Below, piece by piece: positions 63,165-64,000 of a stretch of 64,000 nucleotides of DNA. The notes under the pieces are model-generated. The model was not told the origin of the DNA. It worked only from the letters and a program-made list of their open reading frames with translations, and did no database searches. The position numbers were made by a program, and so were the translations under genes. The number at the start of each line of letters is the position of its first letter. Position 1 is the first letter of the stretch. Source of the DNA: Marsupella aquatica (Eukaryota; Plantae; Marchantiophyta); the NCBI GenBank assembly GCA_973895155.1, contig OZ316894.1:14523680-14587679 (forward strand), written 5' to 3'.

Positions 63165-64000
63165 TCACCCATCCTTCAACATCCTACAGGTTGGAATCAG
63201 GGGAAAATTGTAAGGATTTCTGATTTTTGCTTTCTTCTTTTCCTTTTCCTTTTTCTTATCTTCTGGAGGTGATCTTCTGGCTAGCTTTTGAGCTCTCTCC
63301 TTCTTCTGTGAGGTACGAGTAATGAAGCCCTCATACTCAGACACCTCCATGTCAGAGGGAATTTCAGGGTTAGAAAGATCTTCCTCCACCTCATCCATGT
63401 CATCAGAAGCCCCCATAGTCAGCAGCAAGATTACTGGCGTTTCAGCAGGTTGTGTTGAGTGATGCAAAATCTCAGAATGCTCGATAAGGGTCTCCGGTTC
63501 AGCGGCAGTGTCAAGAACAGCTTCACTCCTGTTTATGACTTGCAGGTCCTGGATAACCTTTGGGATGGCACTTGAATCTGATAGAAGATGTACAGAAGTC
63601 ACTCTCAGGTCCATAGCTTCTGTGGATTCATCAATGGCCCTGCCAATTACAACTAAACGAGAATCTCCAACAAGATCCAGGGGGTTCCCAAAAAGAGCAA
63701 AGTCCCCTTCGGCCAGCGCAGGTTGTTTCTGAACCAAGGGTAGGACACTCCTCATGGCTGCTGAGGGCAATGAAGAACTAGCCAGAGGTTGGTCCTGCGG
63801 AACAGAAGCAGAAGCAATACCGTCCCTCTCCAGAGTTGCAGCAGCCAACGGCTCGGTAGTTTCAGGCACCAATGGAGTTGGCAGCACGTTTGCCGTAGTA
63901 TTGGCAGTTGACTCCTCATGAAGGCGACAGTCCCTGGCGAGATGGCCCTTCTTGTTACAGTTAAAGCAATGAAAGGGGATGTTCTTAAATATTACCGGTT
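63165..64000 (-). pseudogene. LINE ORF1 C-terminal part with zinc knuckle
   Basis: Minus strand at ~63930-63985 reads IPFHCFNCNKKGHLARDC (CX2CX4HX4C), followed by a low-complexity acidic/basic tail. Confidence 0.75.

Larger units (their letters stand above)
58381..64000 (-). mobile_element. L1-like LINE, 5' part beyond window
   Basis: T-rich tail with minus-strand AATAAA; decayed ORF2 and ORF1 upstream. Confidence 0.92.

Noticed and set aside
1-64000. Numerous short antisense or overlapping ORFs in the ORF track; tRNA/rRNA genes
   Set aside because: The ORFs are shadows of TE coding regions with no recognisable motifs; no structural RNA gene was recognised.

Overview
Eukaryotic, repeat-dense heterochromatic DNA, most likely from a non-seed land plant (inferred from the TE lineages). 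It holds no ordinary host gene and is a nest of mostly decayed transposons. Retroelements: two Bianca-type Copia copies, a Gypsy with a PHD-tailed integrase, an L1-like LINE and a 5'-truncated relative. DNA transposons: three CACTA elements, one complete (39514-56084, 18-bp TIRs, ATT TSD), and two inverted, diverged copies of a Mutator-like element (about 21918-31720 and 31724-39385). The standout is this Mutator-like family. It pairs a GCM-like/MULE/SWIM transposase with a divergently transcribed, intron-containing gene for a ParB/Srx-like domain (DGNHR) fused to a beta-class N6A/N4C DNA-methyltransferase-like domain. I counted 24 copies of a 15-bp palindrome (consensus TAGCGCCNGGCGCTA) in its non-coding DNA, including every predicted intron, which suggests a parS-like self-recognition system. 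The CACTA elements also carry chromatin cargo: a SET-domain exon that could be alternatively spliced with the transposase N-terminal exon, and EDM2-like PHD, tandem BRCT and F-box ORFs. All domain calls are motif recognition by eye, not database searches.
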